A DNA stretch of 64,000 bases from Felis catus (GCF_018350175.1 NC_058368.1:55492001-55556000), one strand, 5' to 3'; positions 52,220 through 64,000 are shown, counted from the stretch's first letter. Notes: a model not told the origin generated them from the sequence alone. Numbers and translations: made by a program.

Positions 52220-54082
52220 AAAATACAGAATCCTTTCTTGATCAAATCTCTCAAGAAAGTAGGAATAGAAGGAGTATATCTCGAGATCATAAAAGTCATA
52301 TATGAATGACCCCATGCTAATATCTTCCTCAATAGGGAAAACTGAGAGCTTTCCCCTAAGGTTAGGAGCAAGACAGGGATGTCCACTCTTGCCACTGTTA
52401 TTCAACATAGTATGGGAAGTCTTAGCCTCTACAATCAGACAACACAATAAATAAAAGGCATCCAGATCATCCAGGAGGAGGTCAAACTTTCACTTTTCGC
52501 AGAAGCATGATACTCTATATTGAAAAACCAAAATATTCTACCAAAAAACTGCTAGAATTGATTTATGAATTCAGCAAAGTTACAGGATATAAATCTACAC
52601 ACAGGAATTGGTTACATTCCTATACACCAACATTGAAGGGACAGAAAGAGAAATCAGGAATTGATCCCATTTACACTTGCACAAAAAACCATAAAATACC
52701 TAGGAATAAATCTAACCAAAGAGGTGAAAAATCTATACACTGAAAACTATAGAAAGCTTATCAAAGAAATTGAAGAAGACACAAAAAAATGGAAAAAGAT
52801 TCCATGCTCCTGGATAGGACGAACAAATATTGTTCAAATGTCGATACTACCCAAAGCAATCTACATATTCAATGCAATCCCTATCAAAATAACACCAGCA
52901 TTCTTCACAGAGCTAGAACAAATAATCCTAAAATTTGTATGGAACCAGGAAAGACCCCGAATAGCCAAAGCGATCTTGAAAAAGAAAACCAAAGCAGGAG
53001 GCATCACAATCCCAGACCTCAAGCTATACTACAAAGCTGTAATCATCAAGACAGTATGGTACTGGCACAAGAACAGACACTCAGATCAATGGAACAGAAT
53101 AGAGAACCCAGAAATGGACCCACAAAATGTATGGCTAACTCATCTTTGACAAAGCGGAAAGAATATCCCATGGAATAAAGACAGTCTCTTCAGCAAGTGG
53201 TGCAGGGAAAACTGGACAGCGACATAGAGAAGAATGAACCTGGACCACTTTCTTACAGCATACATAAAAATGAACTTAAAATGGATGAAAGACCTAAATG
53301 TAAGACAGGAAGCCATCAAAATCCTCGAGGAGAAGCAGGCAAAAACCTTTTTGATCTTGGCTGCAGCAACTTCTTACTCAACATGTCTTTGGAGGCAAGG
53401 GAAACAAAAGCAAAAATGAACTATTGGGACCTCATCAAGATAAAAAGCTTCTGCACAGCAAAGGAAACAATCAGCAAAACTGAAAGGCAACCAACAGAAT
53501 GAGAGAAGATATTTGCAAATGACATATCAGATAAAGGGTTAGTATCCAAGATCTATAAAGAACTTATCATACTCAACAACCAAAAAAAAAAAATCCAGTG
53601 AGGAAATGGACAAGGGACATGAATAGACACTTTTTTCAAAGAAGACATCCAGAGGGCTAACAGACACATGAAAAAATCCTCAACATCACTCATTATCAGG
53701 GAAATACAAATTAAAACCACAATGGGATACCATCTCACACCAGTTGGGACGGCTAAAATTAACAACTCAGGCAACAACAGATGTTGGCAAGGATGCAGAA
53801 TAAGAGAATCTCTTTTGCACTGTTGGTGGGAATGCAAACTGGTGCAGCCACTCTAGAAAACGGTATGGAGATTCCTCAAAAAATTAAAAATAGAATTACC
53901 CTACAACCCAGCAATTGCACTACTAGGTATGTATCCAAGGGATACAGGTGTGCTGTTTTGAAGGGGCACATGTACCCCAGTATTTATAACAGCACTAATT
54001 GACAATGGCCAAAGTATGGAGAGCCCAAATGTCTATCGACAGATAAATAGAAATTTATCTTTGACTTCCAAGATTCCATTAT

Positions 54083-54085
<3 letters not shown>

Positions 54086-54128
<43 letters not shown>
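54086..54128 (+). repeat. (CA)n microsatellite
   Basis: Directly visible. Confidence 0.97.
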
Positions 54129-54131
<3 letters not shown>

Positions 54132-54586
54132 GGAGTATTACTCTGCAATCAGAAAGAATGAAATCTTGCCATTTGCAACAATGTGGATAGAACTAAAGGA
54201 TATTATGCTAAATTAAATAGTCAGAGAAAGACAAATACTATATGCCTTCACTCATATGTGGAATTTAATATACAAAACAGATGAATATAAGGGAAGGGAA
54301 GCAAAAATAATATAAAAACAGGGAGGGGGACAAAGCATAAGAGACTCTTAAATACAGAGAACAAACTGAGGGTTGCTGGAGGGGCTCTGGGTGGGGGGAA
54401 TGGGCCAAAGGCGTAAGGGGCATTAAGGAAGACACTCATTGGGATGAGCACTGGGTGTTATACATAGGGGATGAATCACTGGAATCTACTCCTGAAATTA
54501 TTATTGCACTATATGCAATCTAACTTGGATGTAAATTAAAAACAAAGAAACAAACAAAAATAATGAATTGTCATGAAAGAAAGAAA

Positions 54587-54622
<36 letters not shown>

Positions 54623-54645
54623 AAAAAAAGAAAGAAAGAAAAAGA

Positions 54646-57600
54646 AACTTTAATGAAGTGAACAATCTCCTTTTGGAGAATAGTAAAATGAGGCAGCAGG
54701 CAGGAAGGTTTTTATGGGACAAAAAATAAAAAACAAGGAAGAGAAAAAAATATATGTCAGATTGGCTGCAGCCACATAGTCAACCTTGCTTGTGGTAAGA
54801 AGGCCAGAGTTGGCTTAGAATTTGGGAAATGGCTGACTGGGTATCCTGCATTTCTGGTTGAAAGGAGCATTTATAGGAACACGAAACTTATCTATTGGTT
54901 TGCTGATAAAGACAGAAATTACAAAATTCATTATGTTCTAAATTTAGAGCTGTTTATCTTTGAAATAGTTTTCTCTTACTTTGGGTGTTTAGTTTCATTT
55001 AGGTTAGTGGAGAATGTCTTAAATTCCTATCAGGATCTGAATATTAGCTTCCAATTTGGACAATGTTTGATCATAGAGCTACCTTAAATACTTTCAAATA
55101 CTTTGTCAGGTTTTAGCCACTACAAAAAATGAATATTCGTGGAAGAACTGAATGACCCCATGGATTAAAGAGGCATCTCCTAAGAGGGTGAGAATAATAC
55201 TGTTCCACTGAGATCTAGAGCCACTCCCAGAAATACCTCACTACCAAAAAATACTTAAGGCAATCCCCCTGAGAGCTGTCAACAGTCAGTAGGATAAATG
55301 GAGTACTACCCACATTTCTTTCGACTAATATGTAGCTACAAATGAAGTGCAACCTACATTTCTGTCTGACCATAATTTTGGGCCCTCAACCCGATGGTTG
55401 ATCTGCCTGCATATACAAACAAAAGCCAACGACCTGCATACCCCAGGCAGTGAGGAAGCCAAGTCAAATTCTCAGAACACAAAATGAGTAAAAACAAAAA
55501 GGCAATAGCTATCCTTAAGAGAGTAAAGATCAGTAACCAATAAGCACCCCAAAACCAAATTCTGTATTTGGAAAGGCATGTGTATCATAAAATGTATCTT
55601 TCTTTCTTGACCAGGCATTGCAGAGATCTGAGAGAACTAACTCTGGTAAAAATTCTTACCCTTCACTTGCTTCTTCCAGGATCCCATCTGTAGGTTCTAG
55701 AGTGAGTGGGGGTTAAAGTAGAACAATAGCTTTGGTATCTGCCAGAATTTGGCAGGATTTTCCATTAATTTTACATTCCCTTTATCTGTTTGAGGGAATA
55801 GCTAGAAGTTTACTGGGCAATCCCTTGAGGGTTCTATTAATTCATAATGGGGGCCCTTCTTGGAGTGTAGATAGGGGGCATTTGAGCTGGTGTGGAAGAA
55901 TTTTCACAAAACCTTCAAGGACACTATTTTTTCCAGTGTCCCAGTGGACTGCAAATGAGACACTGATTTCTGGGCTAGTGTTTTGATGATCGACCCCTAG
56001 GAAGATGAAACAGGGGAGGCCCAAGTATTGATTTAGCTTTAAGGCCTTGGAGCTATTGCAGTTGTAAGACCACTAACTTGGTAGACTTTTGTTTATGGTC
56101 TTGTGGTATCATCGAAGTAGAAAGGCAATTAAGATAGAGGATTAGTAGACTGTGAGTACTCAGGTAAAGAAGGATAAAGGGGAGTAGTATCAGGAGTCGT
56201 ATCAGTCTTATCAGACTATAGTCTTTGTTTTAGATACCTCTTGTGTCTTTAGTTTTTCATTAGTCTTATGTTATGAATCTTTCAGTGAAGTTATTTTGGA
56301 AGCTTGGAGACTTTTGGGAATTTCTGTATGCCAATTAAAAAAAGGTATCCCATTCTGTTTGTTTGACTTGGCTTTGAATTGAACTTCTTAAATGAACAAT
56401 TTTATCTAATTGAAATATTCCCTATAGTGTCCACTGTAATTCTAGGTTGTCTTAGTAATATTTTACCATTTTTGTAGATGTCTATAGCTTCTGGGACTAC
56501 AGTTCTTAAACATAATATAAGCAGGGGGCATGCTCAGTTCTTTGAAACTTGAGGATCCCATTTCTTTAGCTAAACCTCCTTGGAGCTAAATTAACACCTA
56601 CGGGGGATGTGCTGCTGGACTGGGGATTTTGTGGTGTTTTACAGTGTACTTCATTGCATGGAAATTTTCTCAAGGTTGGCAGATGACCTGGTGTCAGTCT
56701 AACTCATCCCATGATCAAATTATCTAGCATGGGTGTCTTGGAGTTAGGTAGAGAGCACTCTAACAACTTTTATTTATTTTTTATTTAAAAAAATTTTTTT
56801 TTCAACGTTTATTTATTTTTGGGACAGAGAGAGACAGCATGAACGGGGGAGGGGCAGAGAGAGAGGGAGACACAGAATCAGAAACAGGCTCCAGGCTCTG
56901 AGCCATCAGCCCAGAGCCCGATGCGGGGCTCGAACTCACGGACCGCGAGATCGTGACCTGGCTGAAGTCGGACGCTTAACCGACTGCGCCACCCAGGCAC
57001 CCCTCTAACAACTTTTAAGTGCTTGACCCATGCCCACCAATTTTGCAGCTTTGGCTTCCAAGATTCCCATTAGCAATAGATCTATTACAACTTTCACTTG
57101 AATATTTCTTTATATTCGTTATATTAGATGCTCTAACGGATTTTAATAGTCCAATTTGTGCCTATTAAGATTTTTATTTTAATGGCCACAATAGTCCTAA
57201 TCTGTTGTCTTAATCTATTTCCCCAAGTCACCCAGCTGTTTATGTTGTTTACTTAGCTCAAGGCATTGTGAGTACCTCAATCGCTGCTGCCCCTTACATA
57301 TACATGTTTTTCAAATGGAGTTTGGATCTGAGAGCTGCATGCAAGGGGGCGGAGCCCAAATCTGACAGTGACTTACCCAAGACCTTGGGAAACACTAGAG
57401 GAAGAGTGAATTCAAAGGTTCCATGGGGACACGGCTTCTGCAACTCATCCTGCAAGCCCTTAGCACTCAGCTTCAGATGCTATTCCTTGTCACCAAAACC
57501 TTAAAAAATTATTAAAGAAAGCAATTTAGGTCATAAAAATAAACTTTATGTAACACATCATGAAGTGGATAGTCTTCTATTGGATAACTGCAAAATGGGG

Positions 57601-57868
57601 AGGAAGGCAGGAAGATATTATAGGATAAAGAAGAAAGCATAGGGAAGAGAAAAACAGAAACTAACGGATTGGCTGGGGCCACATAGTAAATCTTGTTTGG
57701 GGTGAGAAGGCCCAGAGCTGGCTTGGCTTTTAAAGATTTGTGCCCTGAATATACGACATTTCTGGTCAAGGGGAGCATTTATAAGGACATGGAATGCTGT
57801 ATCACTTTGCCGGCATGGCATTCCAGGCAGTAGTGGCTCCATGTTGAACTCAGAAAGCTATTTCAACA
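54646..57868 (-). mobile_element. Deleted ERV1-class provirus: 5' LTR 57499-57868, leader-like internal region, partial LTR 54646-54910
   Basis: LTR begins TGTTGAAA on the minus strand; PBS-like ttttggtgacaagg follows it directly; second LTR copy is homologous; no gag/pol ORF. Confidence 0.75.
56772..57003 (-). mobile_element. Young felid SINE
   Basis: Perfect TSD tctaacaactttt. Confidence 0.97.
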
Positions 57869-57869
57869 A

Positions 57870-58540
57870 AGGCAAGGAAATGAAAAAAAAAAAACAAAAC
57901 TATTAGTGTTGGAATCAGGAAATAAAGGTGGTCAATATTTGCAGGCAATGATATAGTATACATAGGAAATTCAAATAAATTTCTACATAAACTATTCTAG
58001 CACCAGTCTTCCCCAAATATATATGTGTGTGTGTGCGTGTGTGTGTGTGTGTATCTTATCATTAAATAAAAAAAAAACCTCAAATATATAGATTAATAAA
58101 ATAAAATACACAAGATATCTAAACCAAAAATTTTAAACATTATTGAGAGAAATTTAAAAAGGAAACTAATAATAAAAGGATATTTCATATTTATGCATTG
58201 CAAATCTCATTATCATAAATATACAAATTCTCCCCCATTGATCTATACTTCAATGCAATCCTAATAAAAATCCAGGAGACATGTGGGGAAATTAACACAT
58301 TTATATTATAATTTATTAAATACAAAACAGCAAGAGCCTAAAATAGCCATGTCCAACATAATTGGAGAAAATATACTTTGAATATCAAGGTGTATTAGTA
58401 AGTTAGAGCAATTAGTTGAATGTATTTTTTGAGTACAAAGATAAGCCTGAGTCACTTAAAGAGTTCAATATACCATATAATATGTACTCACTTTTTTTGT
58501 CAAAGTTGACACTGAACTACAATAGGAAAATGAACCTTTC
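57870..58540 (+). mobile_element. Old L1M ORF2 fragment
   Basis: atttgcaggcaatgatatagtatacatagg; ttcaatgcaatccctaataaaa motifs. Confidence 0.7.
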
Positions 58541-58734
58541 CCAAGAATCAGGAAACTATTTTGTGAGGTGCCAAATAATAAACATTTTAGGTTTTGCAGA
58601 CCATGTAGTCTCTATTGCAATTGTCCAATTCCACCTAAAAACAAAAAAAAATGAGATGTCAACAAACGGGCATGGTTGTGCTCCAATGAAACTGTATTAA
58701 TGAACACTGAAATTGAGTCATACAATTTTCTTTG

Positions 58735-58933
58735 TTTTTAATACTTATTTATATTTTAATTTGTTTTACATTTTTATTTATTTTTGAGAGACAGAGCACA
58801 AGTGACGAGGGGCAGAGAGAGAAGGAGACAGAATCCAAAGCAGGCTCCAGGCTCTGAGCTGTTAGCACAGAGCCTGACATGGGGCTCAAACCCAGGAGCT
58901 TTGATCCCCAACCGACTGAGCCACCCAGGTGCC
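58735..58933 (-). mobile_element. CanSINE (internally deleted)
   Basis: SINE body. Confidence 0.9.
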
Positions 58934-59001
58934 TCAACAAATCTCTTTTTTTAAATATTAGTTTAGAAACCACAGTCTTGACACACAGAATATCATTCTT
59001 T

Positions 59002-59207
59002 TTTTTTGTTTTTAATGTTTATTTATTTTTGATAGAGACAGAGACAGTGTGAGTGGGGGAGGGGCAGAGAGAGAGGGAGACAAAGAATCTGAAGCAGGCT
59101 CCAGGCTCCGAGCTGTCAGCTCGACTTGGGGCTCAAACACATGAACCACAAGATCATGACCTGAGCCGAAGTCAGTCACTTAACTGACTGAGCCACTCAG
59201 GTGCCCC
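59002..59207 (-). mobile_element. CanSINE
   Basis: Perfect TSD agaatatcattctt. Confidence 0.96.
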
Positions 59208-59514
59208 TAGAATATCATTCTTATTGATTTGGTGGTTATTTTCAAATGAAAAGACTTAAGGTTTTTTTTTTAAGCAAATGTAACCATAAATTTATATTAT
59301 CACTTCCAAATTATATTGATGACTAGAGTCTTTTACATAACCATATCAATCAATAATTATGCTTAAGTTAATATCACTTTAATAATTGAAATTGCCCCAT
59401 GAAATTCTTAGTATGTATTTGGTTTGTTCATGATAACAATACACAAGAATTATCAAGGTCAGAGGGGTGGGCAGAAGATGTCAAGTACCATAGCGTAACT
59501 AGTTTATTTTCCAG

Positions 59515-60290
59515 ATTCGGATGGTAAAGCTGAAAGATCAAATGCATTAGGCAGGAAATAATTTAAGGCATAAGTGACTGGGGGAACATAGGGCATGGAT
59601 GCTTACATGACTACCATATAAACTCTCTTTTGAATATTGAATGTAATTTCTATGTAGAGGCTGTACATTTTGAGAATCATCATGTGGCTTCAGTGGAAGT
59701 TCTGATGATCAAAGCTTAGGTGGATTACTCCATAGAAGGCAGCTCAAGTTCCCGAAATTCAGAGGTTTGAACCAAAATAAAATTCTTGGAGGAGAGTCAA
59801 TGGTCATCTTAGTAAAATGGCAAAATAACAAGTCTGAAGGCCTGGACATGAATGGCTTAAATTGATAATGAGTACTTCTGACTGAGTTTTATGTTTATGT
59901 ACTATAGTTATGTTTATATGTTTATGGCTTAGCTTTATTTTTATGGGTCTGCAAAAAATACCTAGAAACAGGCAAGAATGAAATAGCATCTTTCCTTTTT
60001 AACATCTTTGAGGTCAGAACCAGAGCATGACATAAAATATAGTTGAACCTCACTATTAGCAGATGCCATATTTGCAAATCTGCCCATTTGCTACAATCTC
60101 TCTGTAACCCATAATAGGATCTTAGTGTACTTTTAGCCATTCACAGACATACCCATTATTGAAAAATCTGAGTCACCTGATGCTGTGCTCCCAGCTGAAG
60201 TGGAACAAGGTGATTGTTTCTCTGCCTCCTTGTTTCAGCTCTCATAGAGTACACAAGTGTCCCTTCTGCAGTCAATTTCATGCCATATTT
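59515..60290 (+). pseudogene. Candidate decayed REJ-domain exon(s)
   Basis: ttttccAG; frameshifted fragments LLNIECNF, LNQNKILGGESMVILV, EQGDC...VSALIE, in the order of PKD1 REJ motifs (VSLEC, LDETTTSTG...LVL, GGSC...VHALTT). Confidence 0.35.
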
Positions 60291-60540
60291 TTCCTTCCTC
60301 CCTTCCTCCCTCCCTCCCTCCCTCCCTCCCTCCCTCCCTCCCTCCCTCCCTCCCTCCCTCCCTCCTTCCTTCCTTCCTTCCTTCCTTCCTTCCTTCCTTC
60401 CTTCCTTCCTTCCTTCCTTCCTTCCTTCCTTCCTTCCTCCCTCCCTCTTTTTCTTTCTTTCTTCCTCTCCTTCTCTTTCTTTCTTTCTTTCTTTCTTTGT
60501 TCCCCTTTCTTTCTTTCTTTCCTTCTTTCTTTCTTGTTTC
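60291..60540 (+). repeat. Compound polypyrimidine microsatellite (CCCT)n(CCTT)n(CTTT)n
   Basis: Directly visible. Confidence 0.98.
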
Positions 60541-60733
60541 ACTGTTTAAAATGGTCCCTGAAGATAGTACTAAGGTACTGTACTGTCCAGTGTTCTTAAG
60601 AAGGTTGTGGTGTAACTTATAGAGAAAATACATGTCTAAGATAAGTTGTACTCTGGCACAAATTATAGAACTGTTGGATGTGAGTTAAATGTTAATGAAT
60701 AAAAATATATATTAAATAAATTTTTTTGAGCAG

Positions 60734-60930
60734 AACCACAAATTCGGTTATGCATTGATTAGGTAGTAAAACAGTTATGACCAAAGGCTTACAGGAATCT
60801 AAGCCTACATTTCTTTCTGGAAAAATGGTTTGGTATTCACTCAGTGTCAAGGCACCTTTGTAGAAGATAATTACTGCCAAGCATGAGAGCTGACTAGCTG
60901 CCTTACCCATAGCAGTTTATATCAGTCCTA
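60734..60930 (+). pseudogene. Candidate decayed REJ-domain exon
   Basis: cAG; fragments FGYALIR, AYRNLS, TFVEDNYCQA resemble PKD1 LVYALLLR, VYKGSLS, VVVQDQLGAA. Confidence 0.4.
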
Positions 60931-61109
60931 CTAGCACAATCCACAAATATTTTTTTTCTATAAGCAAATTTTAATTATTTGATCTATAATGTAGCTACAA
61001 TTCACTCTTTTTTTGTTATTACCTATATAATTAGTGTACTGATTGCTACTTTTACAGTTTTCTGAGTTTTATAAAATAATGAGGGCTCTATTTCTCCTCT
61101 TTTATATTA

Positions 61110-61217
61110 TTTTTTTTCAATATATGAAGTTTATTGACAAATTGGTTTCCATACGACACCCAGTGCTCATCCCAAAAGGTGCCCTCCTCAATACCCATCA
61201 CCCACCCCCCATCAACC
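61110..61217 (-). mobile_element. Very short young L1 3' end
   Basis: cacccagtgctcatccc 3'UTR motif; perfect 17-bp TSD tctcctcttttatatta. Confidence 0.92.
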
Positions 61218-61398
61218 TCTCCTCTTTTATATTAAATCTCTCCGTCAGATTAGGGTTTAATTAGGAAAGAAACTGAAAATTGAGCATGTGAGAGCATTCG
61301 GATAGGATGGCTAAGTATTGATTTTATCCACTTTTTAAAAACTTCCTTTTACCTGTGGAAAAGTAGCAAATCGGTACTAGAGACAAAATTGAATTTCT

Positions 61399-61594
61399 AT
61401 TTTTTTTCATTTTTGTTGTTTATTTTTTTTGAGAGAGTGTGAGCAGAGGAGGGGCAGGGAGAGAGGGGGACAGAGGATCCGAAACTGGTTCTGTGCTGAC
61501 AGCAATGAGCCCTATGTGGGGCTGGAACTCACAAACCACAAGATAATGACCTGAGCCGAAGTTGGAGACTCAACCGAGTCACCTGGGCACTCCT
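61399..61594 (-). mobile_element. CanSINE (older)
   Basis: SINE body. Confidence 0.9.
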
Positions 61595-62211
61595 CTAATT
61601 CTTTCATTTTAAAAAATAGTATTATTAAATATAACCATCTTAAAGGTCCTGTGAAATTACACTTTTCTCATAGATTCAAAAACTAGGCCTCAGAGAATAA
61701 TGCCTTTGCCAAGGTCATATTCAGTACAAATAGATAAAAGACTCCAATCCCAGACATTTTTCATGTTTTTTTTCCCCTTCTAAATAGAATAAGCTTTATT
61801 TTCCTCCCACTTTATAATGTATTTTGAAAACAGACTAATTATAATAATGGCTGCTATATATAGCAGTTATCTTGTTGCAGGCACTAATTTAAGTTGCAAA
61901 TATTAATTAGTTTTATATTCCTAAAAACCCTATCATTAAGTACATTTCCCAGAGAAGTTAAATACCTCACCCAAAGTCACAGATCTTATAAATAATAGAA
62001 CCTAGAAGTAAACAGGACTCCTGAGACAACCTTTACTCACCACGTTTACCGGAAATAAGTTCTGGTTATTTTTCCTTTTTTTAGAACTCATAAAATTAAC
62101 AACTTATTGTGTACCTTATTGCGTCTCTACAAACTTCTGAAGTGAAAGAATAATTTGTTTTTCCCAATTTTTCTGTTAAAAAAATAGACTGGATTATCTT
62201 TGTTTTGAACC

Positions 62212-63110
62212 TTTTTTTTTTTTTTTGACCTTTATTGACAGTCATAGAGGTCCCAGCAGCACCTACCCCATCTGCCTGACCTCATTCCCTGCTGGTGAGG
62301 GACAACATGAGGAGACTCTGTCAGGGTTCACAACCTGGCCTCCACACGAGGCGGGCAGAGAGAGACCCAGGCAAGGGGCAGATCATTCTAGACTAGTAAG
62401 TGGCAGTAACAAGCTTGGGTGAGTAGATCTTCCGACCACCTGCCAGAATCTCAACAGTTTACACAGTGGCCTTAACCTGGAGCAGCCACGTGCATCCTCC
62501 AGATGGTCTCGACAACACTTTGCTCTCTCAAGGAACGCTAAGCCCTTCAAAGCAGCTTTCACTGGGGAAACTGGCGGGGAGGAGCCTCAAATTGCCCGGA
62601 TCTAGCTCGGGGAGCAACCGGCAGTCACGTGCTCCTGATGGCGTCCTGCAACAACTCCCTCAGTCGCCTGGCGGGAAGCGCTTCCCCACAGCGCGCGGGT
62701 GAGAGCGGCCTCAGCGAAGTCCAGAGTGGAGCTAAACCGGCACCAGCTTTCCCCACAACCTGAGTGAGAGCAGGGCCAGGACCGCAACCTGGAGGGCTCC
62801 ACACGGGGGTTTTCTTGCCACCCAGAGCCAGTGGAGAGTGAGACCCAGTGAGGGTCTCACCCTCGAGTCTGTGAGAGAAGGCAGGCCCCTGGCAGGAGGA
62901 AGAGAAGCACAGACAGACCTGCTGGGGCTGATGCAAGGAAGGGAGCTGCGTAGGCGGCCCCCTCCTACCTGTGGCCGGTGGGCTGCCCTTGCCTCGGTGG
63001 TCCTTACGGTCTGAGGCGCGGCCTTGGTCAGTTTCCCGGCTTTTCTCTCGAGGACGCTGTGCGCAGTAGAGGACCTCTCCCGGATCTTGAGGTAGGCGGC
63101 TTTCGTCATT
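62212..63110 (-). pseudogene. Probable 5'-truncated processed pseudogene (retrocopy) of a GC-rich gene, parent unidentified
   Basis: T15 tract with adjacent TTTATT (AATAAA on minus strand); abrupt GC/CpG-rich island; minus-strand frame AAYLKIRERSSTAHSVLERKAGKLTKA; TSD not clear. Confidence 0.65.
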
Positions 63111-63292
63111 AATCTCTTTCAGACAGATTTCACACAAAGACAGAAATGTGAACAAATTGGGCATTTATGAATAACTCGCCAAAGAAAACCTGTGATTAAA
63201 AAAAAAAAAAAGCAGGAAGGGCTCAGGATTAAATATCCTGAGGCTGGAATTCCAGTTTAAACACTTGGCACTACTAAAAGTTTTTACTTCAG

Positions 63293-63455
63293 TGTCTTGG
63301 TGGCCCTTCCACGAAGGAAAGACAGTACCTATTTATCTCAAACATTTGATTGAGGAAGAAAGAAAGATTACAGAACAGTTCTGGCCCGTAAAAGAATGTG
63401 AAAATACAAACTAGCATTCCTTATGCTTCTGAGAAAAAGTGCCTTTCTGGGATAG
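63293..63455 (+). pseudogene. Candidate decayed exon at the end of REJ
   Basis: ttttacttcAG, phase 2; VLVALPRRKDSTYLSQTFD* ... IPYA resemble PKD1 SLAITLPEPNGSATGLTVW ... VIEYS; AG|GTTAAC donor. Confidence 0.4.
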
Positions 63456-64000
63456 GTTAACTTCATTCCAGAGACTTAGGCGCTGAGAGAATTGTGCTTT
63501 GTAAAGGCTTCTGTGATTGTGTGTGTGTGTAGTTTAACATTTTAAATTGTTTGCTGCTTCCTTTGTCCCCATCTTAGTCCTGACTGCAGTAATTGAACTA
63601 CATTATGCTATGTTAAAAATGAATTTAAATTTATTTGTAGTGCCTTACAAGCATAAAGTAATATTCTGTGTTCACTCAATTATTCTGAATATTACTTCAA
63701 GAATATATTTTCCCTTTCATGTTTTGTGGTTTTAAAAGTAAATGAAAAGCAAGCTTCAATTTGGCGCACATCAGGATAATTGAAACTAACAATCCCATTT
63801 AATGAATTTTTACCTGGAAGAGTATAATGCATGGAAATAAAAATCAAACATGACTATTTACCGAGTGATATAAGGTTAGGCATATTATATTTTTGTTAAA
63901 TGTAAATATGCAAGTAAATTAGGACCACTATTATGTGTTATGCTTTTGAGAGCCTAGGCTGAAATCAATAGAAACATTATGAAAATGTTAAGTTAATTAA

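Larger units (their letters stand above)
50170..54268 (+). pseudogene. L1 ORF2 (EN-RT-CTD), multiple stops and frameshifts
   Basis: 360-aa open EN region; [23 protein letters not shown]; ends SLICGI*. Confidence 0.97.
46799..54645 (+). mobile_element. Full-length decayed carnivore/felid L1 with two young SINE insertions
   Basis: 5'UTR, ORF1, ORF2 (EN, RT, CTD), 3'UTR, A/GAAA tail; no TSD found. Confidence 0.97.
58543..59260 (+). mobile_element. MER58B-like hAT-Charlie transposon interrupted by SINEs
   Basis: aaacattttaggttttgcagaccat...ggcatggttgtgctccaatgaaact...acactgaaatt. Confidence 0.75.

Noticed and set aside
60156..60633. Overlapping 110-146 aa ORFs on both strands
   Set aside because: Open only because the microsatellite lacks stop codons

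Overview
AT-rich, repeat-dense mammalian genomic DNA, almost certainly felid, based on about 35 tRNA-derived carnivore SINEs (CanSINE/SINEC_Fc type) with target-site duplications (TSDs) and carnivore-type L1s. It contains no intact protein-coding gene. Mobile elements: a full-length decayed L1 (46799-54645); an internally deleted L1 nested in a SINE that keeps the 5'UTR, ORF1 and the endonuclease domain joined in-frame to the ORF2 terminus (24365-28284); a twin-primed inverted L1; older L1M fragments; an ancient ERVL provirus; three copies of one ERV1-class LTR; MER3/MER58 DNA transposons; and a GC-rich probable retrocopy (62212-63110). Main non-obvious signal: the non-repeat islands contain a series of plus-strand, splice-site-bounded, partly phase-compatible exon relics. 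By eye they translate into PKD-domain, C-type-lectin and REJ-domain motifs in polycystin-1 order, suggesting a decayed unitary pseudogene of a PKD1-like gene spanning the window. All family and domain assignments were made by eye from remembered consensus motifs, without database searches.
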